The notes under the pieces were generated by a model, which was not told the DNA's origin, made no database searches, and saw only the letters and a list, made by a program, of their open reading frames with translations. This document shows positions 1 through 12,024 of a stretch of 64,000 nt of DNA, in pieces. The stretch lies in the NCBI GenBank assembly GCA_951406725.2, contig OX597820.1, forward strand, positions 111,662,001 to 111,726,000, in the 5' to 3' direction. The position numbers were made by a program, and so were the translations under genes. The first letter of the stretch is position 1. Each line of letters opens with the position of its first letter. Source of the DNA: Octopus vulgaris. Its lineage: Eukaryota.

Positions 1-359
1 TGCTTTAAAATACCTCAAAGGTGAGATGTGTGTCTGTGTCCGCATGTGCAAGTGTGTGTATACATACACACAAATATCCATACATGTATTTGTGTGTCCG
101 TGTGGGGAGAGGTTGAAATTTAGTTTCCAATAAGGCAGAATTACAGTTAACTATAATTCTATAGAATTTAATTTCCAACAAGAATTTATAAAATTTTAAA
201 TAAACTCTCAATAGCAAGAATTGTGAAATTTCCTAATCTATATATTTATCTTTCATATCTGGCTGTATTTTTTTTATACCTAAGTAATCACAATTGACCT
301 TGTTACTGGAATACTGACAACCAAGTCACAACATTTTTTTCACCATTTTTATGAGTTAC

Positions 360-685
360 CTCAACCTTTCCATTATCACATTAATGCTGAAATGCACTGT
401 CTTGTTTCAATTAATTTTGAACTGGTGTTTGAAACAAATCAACATGAAATTTTGATAGAAGATTTTCATTTAGATCATTTTAACCATTTTGTTACCATAT
501 TTCTGTTGAAATATCCCTTCATTTGTTTTAATAAATTTTGAATATAATGAAGAATTAGTCAAATTACTTTGTCTTAAGTAGGATAGTGTTTGGAGCATAA
601 TTCAACATGCAATTTTGATGAAAGGTTTTAAATTAGATCATTTTTAAAACAGGGAAATTTGTATCAAGTGAGTTGGTATCATTAA
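360..685 (+). mobile_element. AT-rich piggyBac-like MITE fragments; related copies at ~16985-17130 (+), 29460-29930 (-), 37330-37540 (+)
   Basis: Shared text ttaacc(a)tttgttaccatatttctgttgaaata...ctggtgtttggaacataa...aacatgaaattttgat...tagatcac/ttttaaaacagg. The 17 kb copy ends ggtatcaaaaggga. Confidence 0.55.
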
Positions 686-1544
686 TCTCTGAGTGTTACA
701 GCTGTATCCTCATCATTGATATGCTTCAGTGATAACCACATAAATTTAAATAATATGGATGACTGAAGAAAATTTTGTTACGATAAGAAACCACAGGTGA
801 AAATCACAGATATAAACAAGAAAAAAAAAAAATCAATGGTTGAATAAAATTTTAATACAAATTTGTTCTTTAAACCTCTCCTTGCTTTTGCAGTTAGTAG
901 GTAGACTTCAGATTTAGTAAGCACTAAAACATTGCTTTACAAAAAGCAAACAAAAACTATTTGCTTTTGCCATTTTACCACAGAAGTTGTGTGGTATAGC
1001 AAAGAATTTCTTGAACATTAATTTCTAGAGTTAATTACACATTTCTAATGACAGTTAATCAGTCAAAATGAAAGCGGTCTTGATTTTCCAGAATGTTAGC
1101 AAAAGCCACTTTTATACATGTAATGATTTAAATAAGGAGTTGTAGCCAACCTAGTAATTGTAGTATCCTCTTGAATAAAGGAGTCAGTTTTGGTCCCAGA
1201 CCAGTACCACATAATCTCTCGGGGAAAGATGTTTAATATTGAGTCAATCCAGCTGTAAACACTATGAGGAGGCTACAACCCACTACTGTAATCATCAAAT
1301 GCAGAGCACATTAAATGAAAATCTCATAATCTACAGCACAGTTTAGTTAAAACTTTCCCACAGGCAAAACCTTCAGGAGACTGGTGATCCTATGCAGAAT
1401 GTAAGCAGTCACTTCATGTAAATATGATAGACTGCAGCACATTGAAATATCTTTCATTAATACTGATGGATATAAAATATAGTAGAGGTAATTTGTCCAA
1501 TACAATCACACAAAAACAAATCTGCTGAATTCAATAAGACATAC

Positions 1545-1621
1545 CTGTATGCTTCTTCTAGTAATGGCACATTCTTTAAACTCATAACTCCATGGTAGAC
1601 TGTCATTAGTTGGATACATAT
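1545..1621 (-). CDS. SMG1: SMG1 coding exon (77 nt); gene continues beyond window start
   Basis: cgtccag|ATA TGT...TAC AG|gtatgt. ICIQLMTVYHGVMSLKNVPLLEEAY(R), similar to human [26 protein letters not shown]. Confidence 0.92.
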
Positions 1622-1795
1622 CTGGACGACAGATGAAGGTAAATGGTTAGAGAAACTATACATCATCATTCATTAATTTGTCAGTACTATTCAAATAGTG
1701 TCAGCTGCAATAGATTCACGCCTGCTATCACTACACTTGCTTATAAGGTCCGATCTCAAATAATATCAAGATAGCTTTAATTGTATGGTGTAACT

Positions 1796-2308
1796 CAGCG
1801 TTTCCCAACCTATTTTTCCCCAGGCCCCACTATAACTTTCCAGAGAAATGTATGCCCTACTGGTTGGTAAAAATCAATTTTATTTCTAATATTTTATTAC
1901 AATAATTTAATGCAAAAGAATTTATCAGTAACTCTTTTATTAAGTACTGAGTCCAAAAATAGTACATTACTGACTCAGAAAAAAAAGTGAATCACTTTAA
2001 TGAAAACCTTGGGCCTGGTGACTATGGGATTTCCTTGATTCAAGGAGACAATTTTGTAATTTTGAACCCGATTCTCTTGGTTTGAAGCAAATCATCAACA
2101 GAACTAAAGCCACACTCAACCAAATAAGATGTGGGGAAATGAATCAAAAGTCCCATTGCTGAAATGGCAGTGTTAGGGTATTTTCTTTCAAATTCATCAC
2201 GTAGCTACATCTTGGTACCTTGAACAAAATATTCACTGATTCTTTTGTATTAAATAATGAATCCCAGGCCCCACTGGTGGGGCATGTACCCCATGTTGGG
2301 AATCACTG
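1796..2308 (-). mobile_element. Non-autonomous hAT (Charlie/Buster-type) DNA transposon
   Basis: TIRs CAGCGTTTCCCAAC / GTTGGGAATCACTG. Perfect 8-bp TSD GTGTAACT (1788-1795, 2309-2316). Minus strand keeps the transposase C-terminus FPTSYLVECGFSSVDDLLQTKR...HQAQGFH*. Confidence 0.92.
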
Positions 2309-2384
2309 GTGTAACTGTATGATATTTTATGTATATTTAGTATTAGTTGTGCTACATGTATGATTTGCATTTTTTTCTGGCACT

Positions 2385-2762
2385 TCATTGGTTATGAGGA
2401 CAAGGGTTCCAGTTGATCCGATCAATGGAACAGCCTGCTTGTGAAATTAACGTGCAAGTGGCTGAGCACTCCACAGACACGTGTACCCTTAACGTAGTTC
2501 TCGGGGAGATTCAGCGTGACACAGAGTGTGTGACAAGGCTGGCCCTTTGAAATACAGGTACAGCAGAAACAGAAAAGAGGAGTGAAAGAAAGTTGTGGTG
2601 AAAGAGTACAGCAGGGTTCGCCACCACCCCCTACCGGAGCCTCATGGAGCTTTAGGTTTTTTTCCACTTAATAAACACTCGCATTGCCCGGTCTGGGAAT
2701 TGAAACTGCGATCCTACGACTGTGAGCCCACTGCCATAACAACTGGGCCATTGCACCTCCAC
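2385..2762 (-). mobile_element. tRNA-derived SINE with Nin/Deu-like central domain
   Basis: Minus-strand head gtggaggtgcaatggcccagttgttatggcagt...gtttcaattcccagaccggg (A/B boxes), then aagggtacacgtgtctgtggagtgctcagccacttgcac, typical of Nin/Deu-domain SINEs. Confidence 0.75.
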
Positions 2763-3224
2763 ATGATTTGCATAGCAGATAGCAAATATGCAGGCAGTAG
2801 GCCTAATATTTCTTTTTTCACAAGTGTCGATACTAAGAGAGAGGCTAAAAGACTTTACCTAGGCCTGAGTAGTTGCTAACACCCACCATATATTAGTGGA
2901 CAGTCTGACACTCAGACAGCAATAGACTCTGAATGGCTAACCTTCCAGTTCCACTTCGAATTGTTGCATCTGCTCTTCCCAGGACTCAGTCTTACTCTCA
3001 TATATATACCATGTACCAATGTTACATAGAAACCTTCATTGTAGAGATGAACCACTTAAAGAATTTCCTTCCATGTTCTCCTTTGAAAAATTGTTAACCT
3101 CCAAGATGCAATTACCAAAACATTATCTTCCATCTTTATAATCATCTCACAAAACAAATCATGTATTCTAATAGTCGACAATTTTCATGCAAATACAGAG
3201 AAAAGAATGAAATAGGAGACCAAC

Positions 3225-3326
3225 CTCTTCATGGTGGGAAAAGCGTAATGTCTGTAACAAGGAATTTGGTCCAAGGAGGGTGCTGATGAAATGCACTGGG
3301 AGGTTGAAGTTCACAAACTCAACCAC
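3225..3326 (-). CDS. SMG1: SMG1 coding exon (102 nt)
   Basis: gtgtttag|GTG GTT...GAA GAG|gttggt. VVEFVNFNLPVHFISTLLGPNSLLQTLRFSHHEE, similar to human [34 protein letters not shown]. Confidence 0.9.
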
Positions 3327-3660
3327 CTAAACACAAAATAAAAATACAAAGCAAACAAAATTTAAGAGAAAAAAATAAAATAATTCAAGTTAATACTGCT
3401 GTCTAATAACCATCACAACTTTAATGTCAACCTTTCCAGGCGTGAATGGTCAAATGGAATTTGCAGATTTTCTACATCCAGATCTCTTCCTTCTACAAAC
3501 ACTAACCTGTATCTAAGCAAAGTGATATTTCCCACAACCAACTATGTTTTCATAAGACTGGAAACAAAACACAATCATTTGTATGGGGATAATGCTTTTT
3601 TACAATCACCACATGATGTCAAGACAAGGTACACACAAACACACACACGTAATTGTATAT

Positions 3661-5870
3661 ATCATCATCATCATCATTGCTTAACATCTGTTTTCCTGGC
3701 TGACATGAGTTGGACGGTTTGACTGAGGTCTGGAGAGCCAGCGGCTGCACCAGGTTCCAATCTGATCGGGCAATGTTTCTACAGCTGAATGCCCTTCCTA
3801 ACGCCAATCATTCCAAGAGTGTAGTGGGTGCTTTTTATGCAGCACTGGCACAGGAGCCAGTCAGGTGGGCTTGGCATTGATCATGTTTGGATGGTGCTTT
3901 TTATGTGCCATCGGCACAAGAGCCAGTCAGGGGGCACTAGCTACAGCTACGATATTGGTTTTACTTGACCCAACAGGACTTCTCAAGCATATCATACTGC
4001 CTGATGCATCAGGGGTATTCTTAAGAGGGCCAGACATGGGTGGCTGCAATCTCACTTTAGTTGCTGGGTCTTCTCAATTACAGCATATCTCCAAATGTTC
4101 CGGTCACATGTCAGTGTCTCTGTGAGGCCCAATGTTCGATGGTCATGCTTCCCCACCTCATCCCATCCCATGTCTTCTTAGGTCTACCTCTTCCACAGGT
4201 TTCTTCTACAGTTAGGGAGTGGCACTTCCTCACACAGCTGTCTTCATTCATACAAAACACATGACCATACCAGTGCAGACGCCTCTCTTGCACACCATAT
4301 TTGATGCTTTTTATGCCTAACTTTCTTGCAGGGCACTTACACTCTGTTGTGTACACACAGACATTACACATCCAGTAGATCATACTAGCTTCATTTCTTT
4401 CAAGCCTATGCATGTCCTCAACATTCATGGCCCATGTTTCACTGCTGAGTAGCATGGCAGTTTGCACACATGCATCATAGTCTACCTTCCACCCTGAGCA
4501 AGAGGCTCTTAGTTGCCAACAGAGATAGGAGCTTCATGAACTTTGCCCAGACTATTCTTACTCTAGTCGCTACACTCTCAGAGCAGCTACCCCACCACTA
4601 CAGACTTGGTCGCCTCGGTAGCTGAAACTATTAACTACCTCTAGTTTCTCCCTCTGGCATGTGATGGAATGCTTTCTATTTTATTGCCCCTGTACATCTA
4701 CCACATAGAAAAACTATTTTCCCAGTTAACCCTCCTTTGATATGGCTGCACCTTTTGTGTCCACAGCTTACACCGGGTACATCGTATGGAGTCTCTACCC
4801 ATGCCTTTTCTACAGATTGAGCTGGGCCATCTACCTGAAGGGGGTTGTGATTTGACAGCCATCCTACTTACTAAGACTTTGGTTTTTGCTAGGTTAACCC
4901 TAAGGCCCTTCAATTTTAAACCTTGCTTCCACACACTAAACTTCGTCAAGTTCTGGCAGTGACTCAGCTATTAGAGCAAAGTCATCAGCATACAGGAGTT
5001 CCCAGGGGCAGCCTGTCTTGAATTCCTCTGTTATTGCCTGGAAGACCATAATGAATAAGAGGGGGCTGAGGACTGACCCTTGGTGAACCCCTACTTTTTG
5101 GAATTCTTCACTTTACTCATTGCCAACCCTCACTTTACTGACAGCATCCCTGTACAGAGCTTGCACAGCTCTTACCAGCCTCTTGTCTATCTTGTCTATC
5201 CCCAGTTTCCACATTGACAACCAGAAAAGGAATCGGGGGGGATCCTGTCAAAAGCTGGTCCCTCAATTGGGTCAACCTTTGGTAGACTCTCCTCCTCCCA
5301 TTCATTCTCTACATTCAGCAGTCTCTCATAAAGGCTTCTCCAAGCCTCATTCATTGCAGAATCATTAAACGCAAGGGCACCATCATCCATGCGGACACAT
5401 TGCTCTCCTATGACATCATGGTTTTTCTCTCACACACTGTCTTACAATCCGAAATACTTCAGTTCTTCGGTCTTCAAGTCACTGAACATTGGCAAACTTC
5501 TTTTCTGCTACTCCCTTGACTATAAATACCTGTCTCTTAGCTTCCCTTTTGGCTATCTGATACATTCTCCTGCTACCCCCACTCTTCCAGGCATTCCAAG
5601 CCTGTTTCTTTGCTCTAATGGCCCTGTCTATGGTATTGTTCGACTACCATGTTACCTTGGGTCTACAATCTCATTAGACCTACCTTTCAATGTGCCTACA
5701 TTTAGAGTGCCAACTCTGAAAACTGAGAAAGAGATAGGGAAGGTAACACAGGAAGGAGAGATGTTATTCAGTACCTGAAAAGAAGGTTCCCATAAACGTT
5801 TGGCAACAGGCATCATAATAGTTATTCTTGCCTTTAACCTACCATCATTCAAGCATGTTGGAGTTGTTAA
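3661..5870 (-). mobile_element. RTE-clade LINE, internally deleted and degenerate
   Basis: APE start VGTLNVGTLKGRSNEIV, RT motifs QGSVLSP and LLYADD, PHD-like insert, RRLHWYGHV...GRGRPKKTW, 3' tail and (GAT)n. Confidence 0.9.
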
Positions 5871-6468
5871 GGTTGTTACCTCTACTGGGTGGGAGTGAGG
5901 AAGCTTTGTATATGAAAGTGTTTGGAGTGTTGTAAATATAAGTGTTATGATCCTAGTGGGTGAAGTATTACTGATGCTGCAGATATGTGTAAATAAATAA
6001 ATAAATAAAAAGTGGGCTACTATCTGGTTTAGTTAGTCTAGAGATGGGGAGTGGAGAGAAAGGAGAGAGGGGAAGGACAACTGGATGTCCAGTAAGAGAG
6101 AAGGAAAGATTTCCAGTATTGGCAGCAAGAGTGGGCACAACTACCAATACTAAAGGTCATTTTAAGGGCCAGAGCAAACAAGGAGTTATTTTAGAGAAAA
6201 GTACAAAATAAGTATAACAAGGCTAGTCATTCTAGGGTTAGAACAAACAAGAAAGAATTATTTTAGAGAATAGATGAGTTTGAATGAATGAGGCAATTAA
6301 AAACAAGAGAGATTCTTAGCTTATCTGTGCATATTTTCAAGTGTCATCAGCTGCTGAACACATGGAATAAACTAACAAAAGTCAGAGAGGTGAGGCAGGG
6401 ATATGGATATATATGGATATATATATATATATGGATATATATATATATATGGATATATATATATATAT

Positions 6469-6505
<37 letters not shown>

Positions 6506-6994
6506 CACCTACATGATGGGCTTCTTCCAGTTTCTGTATGTCTACCAAATCTACTCACAAGGCTTTGGCTATCCTGGAGCTTTAGTAAACACTCTGCCCA
6601 GGGTGCAGTGGTAGCAGGACTGAACCTTAGACCACGTGGTTAGGAACCAAGCTTCTTAACCACACAGCCATGCCTCTACTTGTTTAACAATATTGAGTTT
6701 AAAAGAACTATTTCAGCTGCAGCAAGCTGGAGAGCAAAGTAATAACCTAACATCAATAACTAGAAAGTGTCAACAGAAATTTTTTTTCTATCCAATTATC
6801 AATTTCATTTTGTTTGTTTATAATCATCATCATTTTAATGTCCATTTTTGCATGGGTCAGACGGCATCTGTCGAGGCAGATTTTCTATGGTTGAATACCC
6901 TTCATGTGGCCAACCCTCACTTATTTCCAAACGAATATCATGTGATGTCAAAGCAAAGAGACAGTAATACACACAAACATATATATCATCAATA

Positions 6995-8549
6995 TCTATA
7001 AAACTGAAATGTGAAAAAGTTGTTTGATTTCTTGGTTATTTGTCTCATTTTGGGATGGGAACAGTTTAAGAGGTAGTAGATGGGGTTGGATTGGCACCAA
7101 AATTTAAACTGGGAGGAGTAAAATAGGGTGGGCAATGGTGTGAGGGGAGTTGAAAGTCGCTTGGGGCTACCGTTTGGTTGCCATGGTGAGGAATATGGGA
7201 AAAATTGAGTTTTATGGGATAGACAGGTTGCGCTGTTTGAATAATGGTGGCTTTTCGTGTTGCTGCAGGGGCTAGAGGCAGTTATCTTTAATTGTGGGTG
7301 TAAAAATTTGGGAGATTTTGGAAAGGGGGTTAAATTTTTCAACTTTTAAAAAGAGTACATTTTTGCCCTATTTTTAGATTTGCACAAAACACCACCACCA
7401 CCACCACCAAAACCCGAGTGAAGCATGGGTCAAAATAGCTAGTCTACTATATATTTGTGAAAAGGGCGGACGTTGTCTCACAAGCAGTTGTGCAAGCAAA
7501 AGTGTTAATAAATGTGGTCGGATTGACCTGAAAATTTGCACACCTCTCTCTCTGTATGTCTGTCTGTGTCTAGAGAGAGAAAGTGATGACTGCCATTAGT
7601 TTTCCTCTATGTGGCAATTAATGTCCTAGAAATAACAGCCAAATCAAGTGTATTAAAATATACATATGTACATACATACATAAAAACATATATACATACA
7701 TAAAAAGAACAAAACTGGCGACCAACTGTGTTTAATGGAGAGGAATAAAAAAGTAAATAACTATATTATGTTGAAAATACATTTCACTCTTTTGAAGTTT
7801 AAATATTCTCGCCACAGGACTTTTAGAATGGTGAATTATTATCGCCTACCACCACTGCAACATCATGATAACAGATGTTATTAATCAGATATTTATTGTG
7901 TTAATCTACTTTATATTTGTGAAAAGGGTGGACATTGTCTCACAAGCAGTTGTGCTGCGGAGTTTGCATGGCAACTTTGAGTTCATTCAACTGAAAGGCA
8001 TGGCCTCGAGGGCAAAATTCCTCATCTTTAAAATGTGGCCCGATTAGACCTGAATGAAATCCGGTTGTAATCTACTATATATTTGTGAAAAGTACGGACA
8101 TTGTTTCACAAGCAGTTGTGCAGGCAAAAGCATTAGTAAATGTGGTGGTATTGACTTGAAAATTTGCATGTTTATGTTAAAAGTGCTGGGGAGTTTGCTC
8201 AATTGAAAGGCGTGGCCTCTAGAGTAAAATTCAAAATGTGGCTCGAGTAGACCTGTATGAAATCTGGTTATAATACTGAAACAAGTAAAACAATAAAAAA
8301 CTATGCCATTTTAATTCTGAGCAAGGCCAGGTTTCTCTGCTAGTCTACTATATAATTGTGAAAAGGGCAGAGGTTGTCTCACAAGCAGTTGTGCAGGCAA
8401 AAGTGTTAGTAAATGTGGTCGGACTGACCTGAAAATTTGCACACCTATGTTAAAAGTGCTGGGGAGTTTGCATGGCAACTCTGAGCAAAATTCCTCATCT
8501 TTAAAATGTGGCTCGAGTAGACCCGAACGAAATCAGGTTATAATACTAG
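6995..8549 (+). mobile_element. Cluster of tandem/nested non-autonomous Helitrons
   Basis: 5' TC starts at 6995, 7443, 7905, 8071, 8344 (the last four share tctact(a/t)tata(t/a)ttgtgaaaag). Sub-terminal hairpin remnants plus CTAG ends at 7439-7442, 8340-8343, 8546-8549. Confidence 0.75.
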
Positions 8550-8557
8550 TATGTATG

Positions 8558-8590
<33 letters not shown>

Positions 8591-8593
<3 letters not shown>

Positions 8594-10920
8594 AGGGAAA
8601 GCCCCAGGCCCATCAGGAATTACTGCAGAGATGCTCAAAATATCTGGTAGTGTCGGCTATAGCCTAGTCACCCGTATAGTTAACAAGGTGATACACGAAG
8701 GAGTCATTCCCAATGACTGGTGTAGCAGCATAATAGTCAGCTGCTACAAAGGTAAAGGTGACGCCCTAGATACAAATAACTACAGGGGTATCAAGCTGCT
8801 GGATCAGGTAATGAAGGTTACGGAGAGGGTTATAGCCCAACTAATTAGAGAGAGAGTTAGCCTAGATCAGATGCAGTTTGGGTTCATGCCAGGGAAAAGT
8901 ACTACTGATGCTATTTTCATGGTAAGACAGCTGCAGGAGAAATACCTAGCCAAAGACAAGCCCCTATACCTGGCTTTTGTTGATATGGAGAAAGCCTTCG
9001 ACAGGGTCCCTTGATCCCTCATCTGGTGGTCAATGAGGAAACTAGGGATAGATGAATGGTTAGTGAGAGCTGTACAAGCCATGTACAGAGACGCTGCTAG
9101 TAAGGTGAGGGTTGGCATCGAGTACAGTGAAGAATTCAGGGTAGAGGTTGGGGTCCACCAAGGTTCAGTCCTCAGTCCCCTCCTATTTATCATAGTCCTC
9201 CAGGCAATAACGGAGGAATTCAAGACAGGATGCCCCTGGGAGCTCCTCTATGCTGATGACCTTGCTCTAATTGCTGAGTCTCTATCAGAACTAGAGGAGA
9301 AGTTTCAGGTATGGAAGCAAGGTTTAGAATCGAAGGGCCTTAGAATCAACCTAGCCAAAACCAAAGTCCTAATAAGTAGGAAGGTAGACCAATCACAAAC
9401 GCCTTCAGGTAGATGGCCCTGCTCGATCTGTAGAAAAGGTGTAGGTAGAAACTCTATAAGATGCACCAAGTGTAAGCTATGGACACATAAGAGGTGCAGC
9501 AATGTCAAAGGTAGACTAACTAGGAAGATGGTTTTTGTATGTGGCAGATGCTCAGGAGCAATAAACTCTGAAAATATGCAGAGACCAACTTCTACTACGT
9601 TCCAGGGAGAAAAACTAGAAGTAGTTGATAGCTTCCGCTACCTAGGTGACCAAGTCAGTAGTGGGGGTGGGTGTGCTGAAAGTGTAACTGCTAGAGTAAG
9701 AATAGCCTGGGCAAAGTTTAGAGAGCTCTTACCCCTGCTGGTGACAAAAGGCCTCTCGCTCAAAGTAAAAGGCAGACTGTATGATGCATGTGTACGTACA
9801 GCCATGCTACATGGTAGTGAAACTTGGGCTGTGACTGCTGAGGATTTGCGTAAGCTCACAAGAAATGAAGCTAGTATGCTCCGATGGATGTGTAACGTCA
9901 GTGTTCATAATCGACAGAGTGTAAGTACCTTGAGAGAAAAGTTGAACCTAAGAAGCATCAGTTGTTGTGTGCAAGAGAGACGTTTGCGCTGGTATGGTCA
10001 TGTGATGAGAATGGCTGAAGATAGTTGTGTGCGAAAGTGCCACACCCTGGCAGTTGAGGGGACTTGTGGAAGAGGTAGACCCAGGAAAACATGGGTCGAG
10101 GTGGTGAAGCACGACCATCGAACTTTAGGTCTCACCAAGGAAATGACTAGAGACCGAGACCTTTGGAAGTATGCTGTGCGTGAGAAAACCCGGCAAGACC
10201 AGTGAGAACGGTCAAAATCAAAATCAAACCAACTCAATACATATATCAGAAAGCAGAACCAAATTGAGGTCGATCAACATGAGGGCCCCCGTGCAGGTGA
10301 CACGTAAAAGCACCATCCATTTGTGGCCGTTTGCCAGCCCTGTCTGGCCCCCGTGTCGGTGGCACGTAAAAGCATCATCCGTTTGTGTTCATTGCCAGCC
10401 TTGTTGGCCCCCGTGCCGGTGACATGTAAAAGCACCATCCGTTCGTGGCCGTTTGCCAGCTCTGTCTGGCCCCCATGCCGGTGACACGTAAAAGCACCAT
10501 CCGTTCGTGGCCGTTTGCCAACCCTGTCTGGCCCCCGTGTTGGTGGCATGTAAAAGCACCATCCGTTTCGTGTCTGTTGCCAGCCTCGCCTGGCACCCGT
10601 GCCGGTGACACGTAAAAGCACCATCCGTTCGTGGCCGTTTGCCAGCTCTGCCTGGCCCCCGTGCCGGTGACACGTAAAAGCACCATCCGTTCGTGGCCGT
10701 TTGCCAGCTGTCTGGCACCTGTGCGGGTGGCACGTAAAAAGCACCCACTACACTCACGGAGTGGTTGGCATTAGGAAGGGCATCCAGCCGTAGAAACACT
10801 GCCAGATCTGACTGGGCCTGATGAAGCCTTCCAGCTTCACAGACCCCAGTTGAACCGTCCAACCCATGCTAGCATGGAGAACGGATGCTAAATGATGATG
10901 ATGATGATGATGATGATGAT
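8591..10920 (+). mobile_element. Young 5'-truncated RTE-clade LINE (RT with PHD insert, one premature TGA)
   Basis: ORFs 8559-9014 and 9033-10205 share a frame: KAPGPSG, NYRGIKLL, QFGFMPGKST, FVDMEKAFDRVP*, QGSVLSPLLF, YADD, FRYLG, RLRWYGHV. Tail ggcattaggaagggcatccagccgtagaaac, then (GAT)n. Confidence 0.97.
10284..10745 (+). repeat. Tandem array of ~7.5 x 60-62 bp units in the RTE 3' UTR
   Basis: Unit GGCCCCCGTGCCGGTGACACGTAAAAGCACCATCCGTTCGTGGCCGTTTGCCAGCTCTGTCT starting at 10284, 10346, 10406, 10468, 10530, 10592, 10654, 10714 (partial). Confidence 0.95.
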
Positions 10921-11369
10921 ACACACACACACAACAAGGTTCTTTCAGTTTCTGTCCATCAAATCCAATTTGGTTGGCCTGGTGTTTTGGAGAAGACACT
11001 TGTGAAAGGAGGACTGAATCCGGAACCATGTGTTTGGAATCAAACTTACCACACAACCACGGGGTTATTTGTTTGTTCAAATCTATGTGGTATGGAACTA
11101 ATACTTTAATACTTATTTGATGCAACAGGTTTCTATGCAGTTGATTGACCAGCAAGAAATGGCAGCCAAATATACCAAATCATATTTTACGCTCTTGGAT
11201 GTAATTCCAGAAACACTATGTTTGGAGAAAAATAAAGATGGAATGGCCATGACTGGAACACCTTTGATCATAAGTCTACTAGACTGGGGCTGAATTGGAG
11301 CTAAGCAGCAGCAAAAAATATTTCTTTTACTGGTCAACATAGTTGTGTTATGTTATTGCAGTTTCCAAG

Positions 11370-11760
11370 GAGGGGGCAATTACATTGACCTCATTATTTG
11401 ACTGATATTTTATTTTATTGACCCTAAATGGACCTCAGCAGGATTTAAACTCAGAATGTACACAATCAGAAGAAATGCTGCTAAGCATTTTGTCCATTAT
11501 TCTAGTAATTCTATCATATCACCTCTTTACTAATAGTAATAAATCTTTCTAATTTTGGTACAAGGCCAGCAAGTTTAATGAGAGGGGCCAAGTCAATAAC
11601 ATTGACTTCATTACTTGACTGATACGTTATTTTATTGACACTAAATAGACGAAAGGCCAAGTTGATCTCAGCAACATTTGAACTCAGAATGTAAAGTGTC
11701 GGAGGAAATACAGCTAAACATTTTGCTTGATGTGCTAACAATTCTGCCAGCTTGCCCCCC
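11370..11760 (-). mobile_element. Two tandem MetaSINE-type tRNA SINE copies
   Basis: Same family as 27161-27365: minus-strand aagctggcagaattgttagc...ttctgagttcaaat...aacttggcctttcgtc, with (AAT)n flank. Confidence 0.7.
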
Positions 11761-11872
11761 ATAATAATAATAATAACAATGATGATGATGAAGATGATGA
11801 TTCTTAACACCTGTACAATGTCACAAATTTTGGAGGGAAAAAAAAAAAACGGAACATAAAAATGAGACTAAC

Positions 11873-12024
11873 CTTTTGAATGATAGCTAACAATGACAAG
11901 ACAAACTTATCACTGACATATCTGTCCAATGTGATTTGAGAAGTGATGTAAGGCAGTAGAGTTTCAACATTGTGCACCAGGTTAGACTGTAACTGATTCA
12001 CCAACAGGGTCAAGCAATAGTTTG
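11873..12024 (-). CDS. SMG1: SMG1 coding exon (152 nt)
   Basis: atttgtag|CA AAC...CAA AAG|gttagt. (A)NYCLTLLVNQLQSNLVHNVETLLPYITSQITLDRYVSDKFVLSLLAIIQK. Phase 1 to 0 fits both neighbours. Confidence 0.85.

Noticed and set aside
2690-2762. tRNA gene
   Set aside because: Degenerate cloverleaf continuous with a SINE body; it is a SINE head.
10284-10745. CRISPR-like appearance of the repeat array
   Set aside because: Units are homologous along their whole length with no unique spacers, no cas genes are present, the context is eukaryotic, and the array is part of a LINE 3' UTR.
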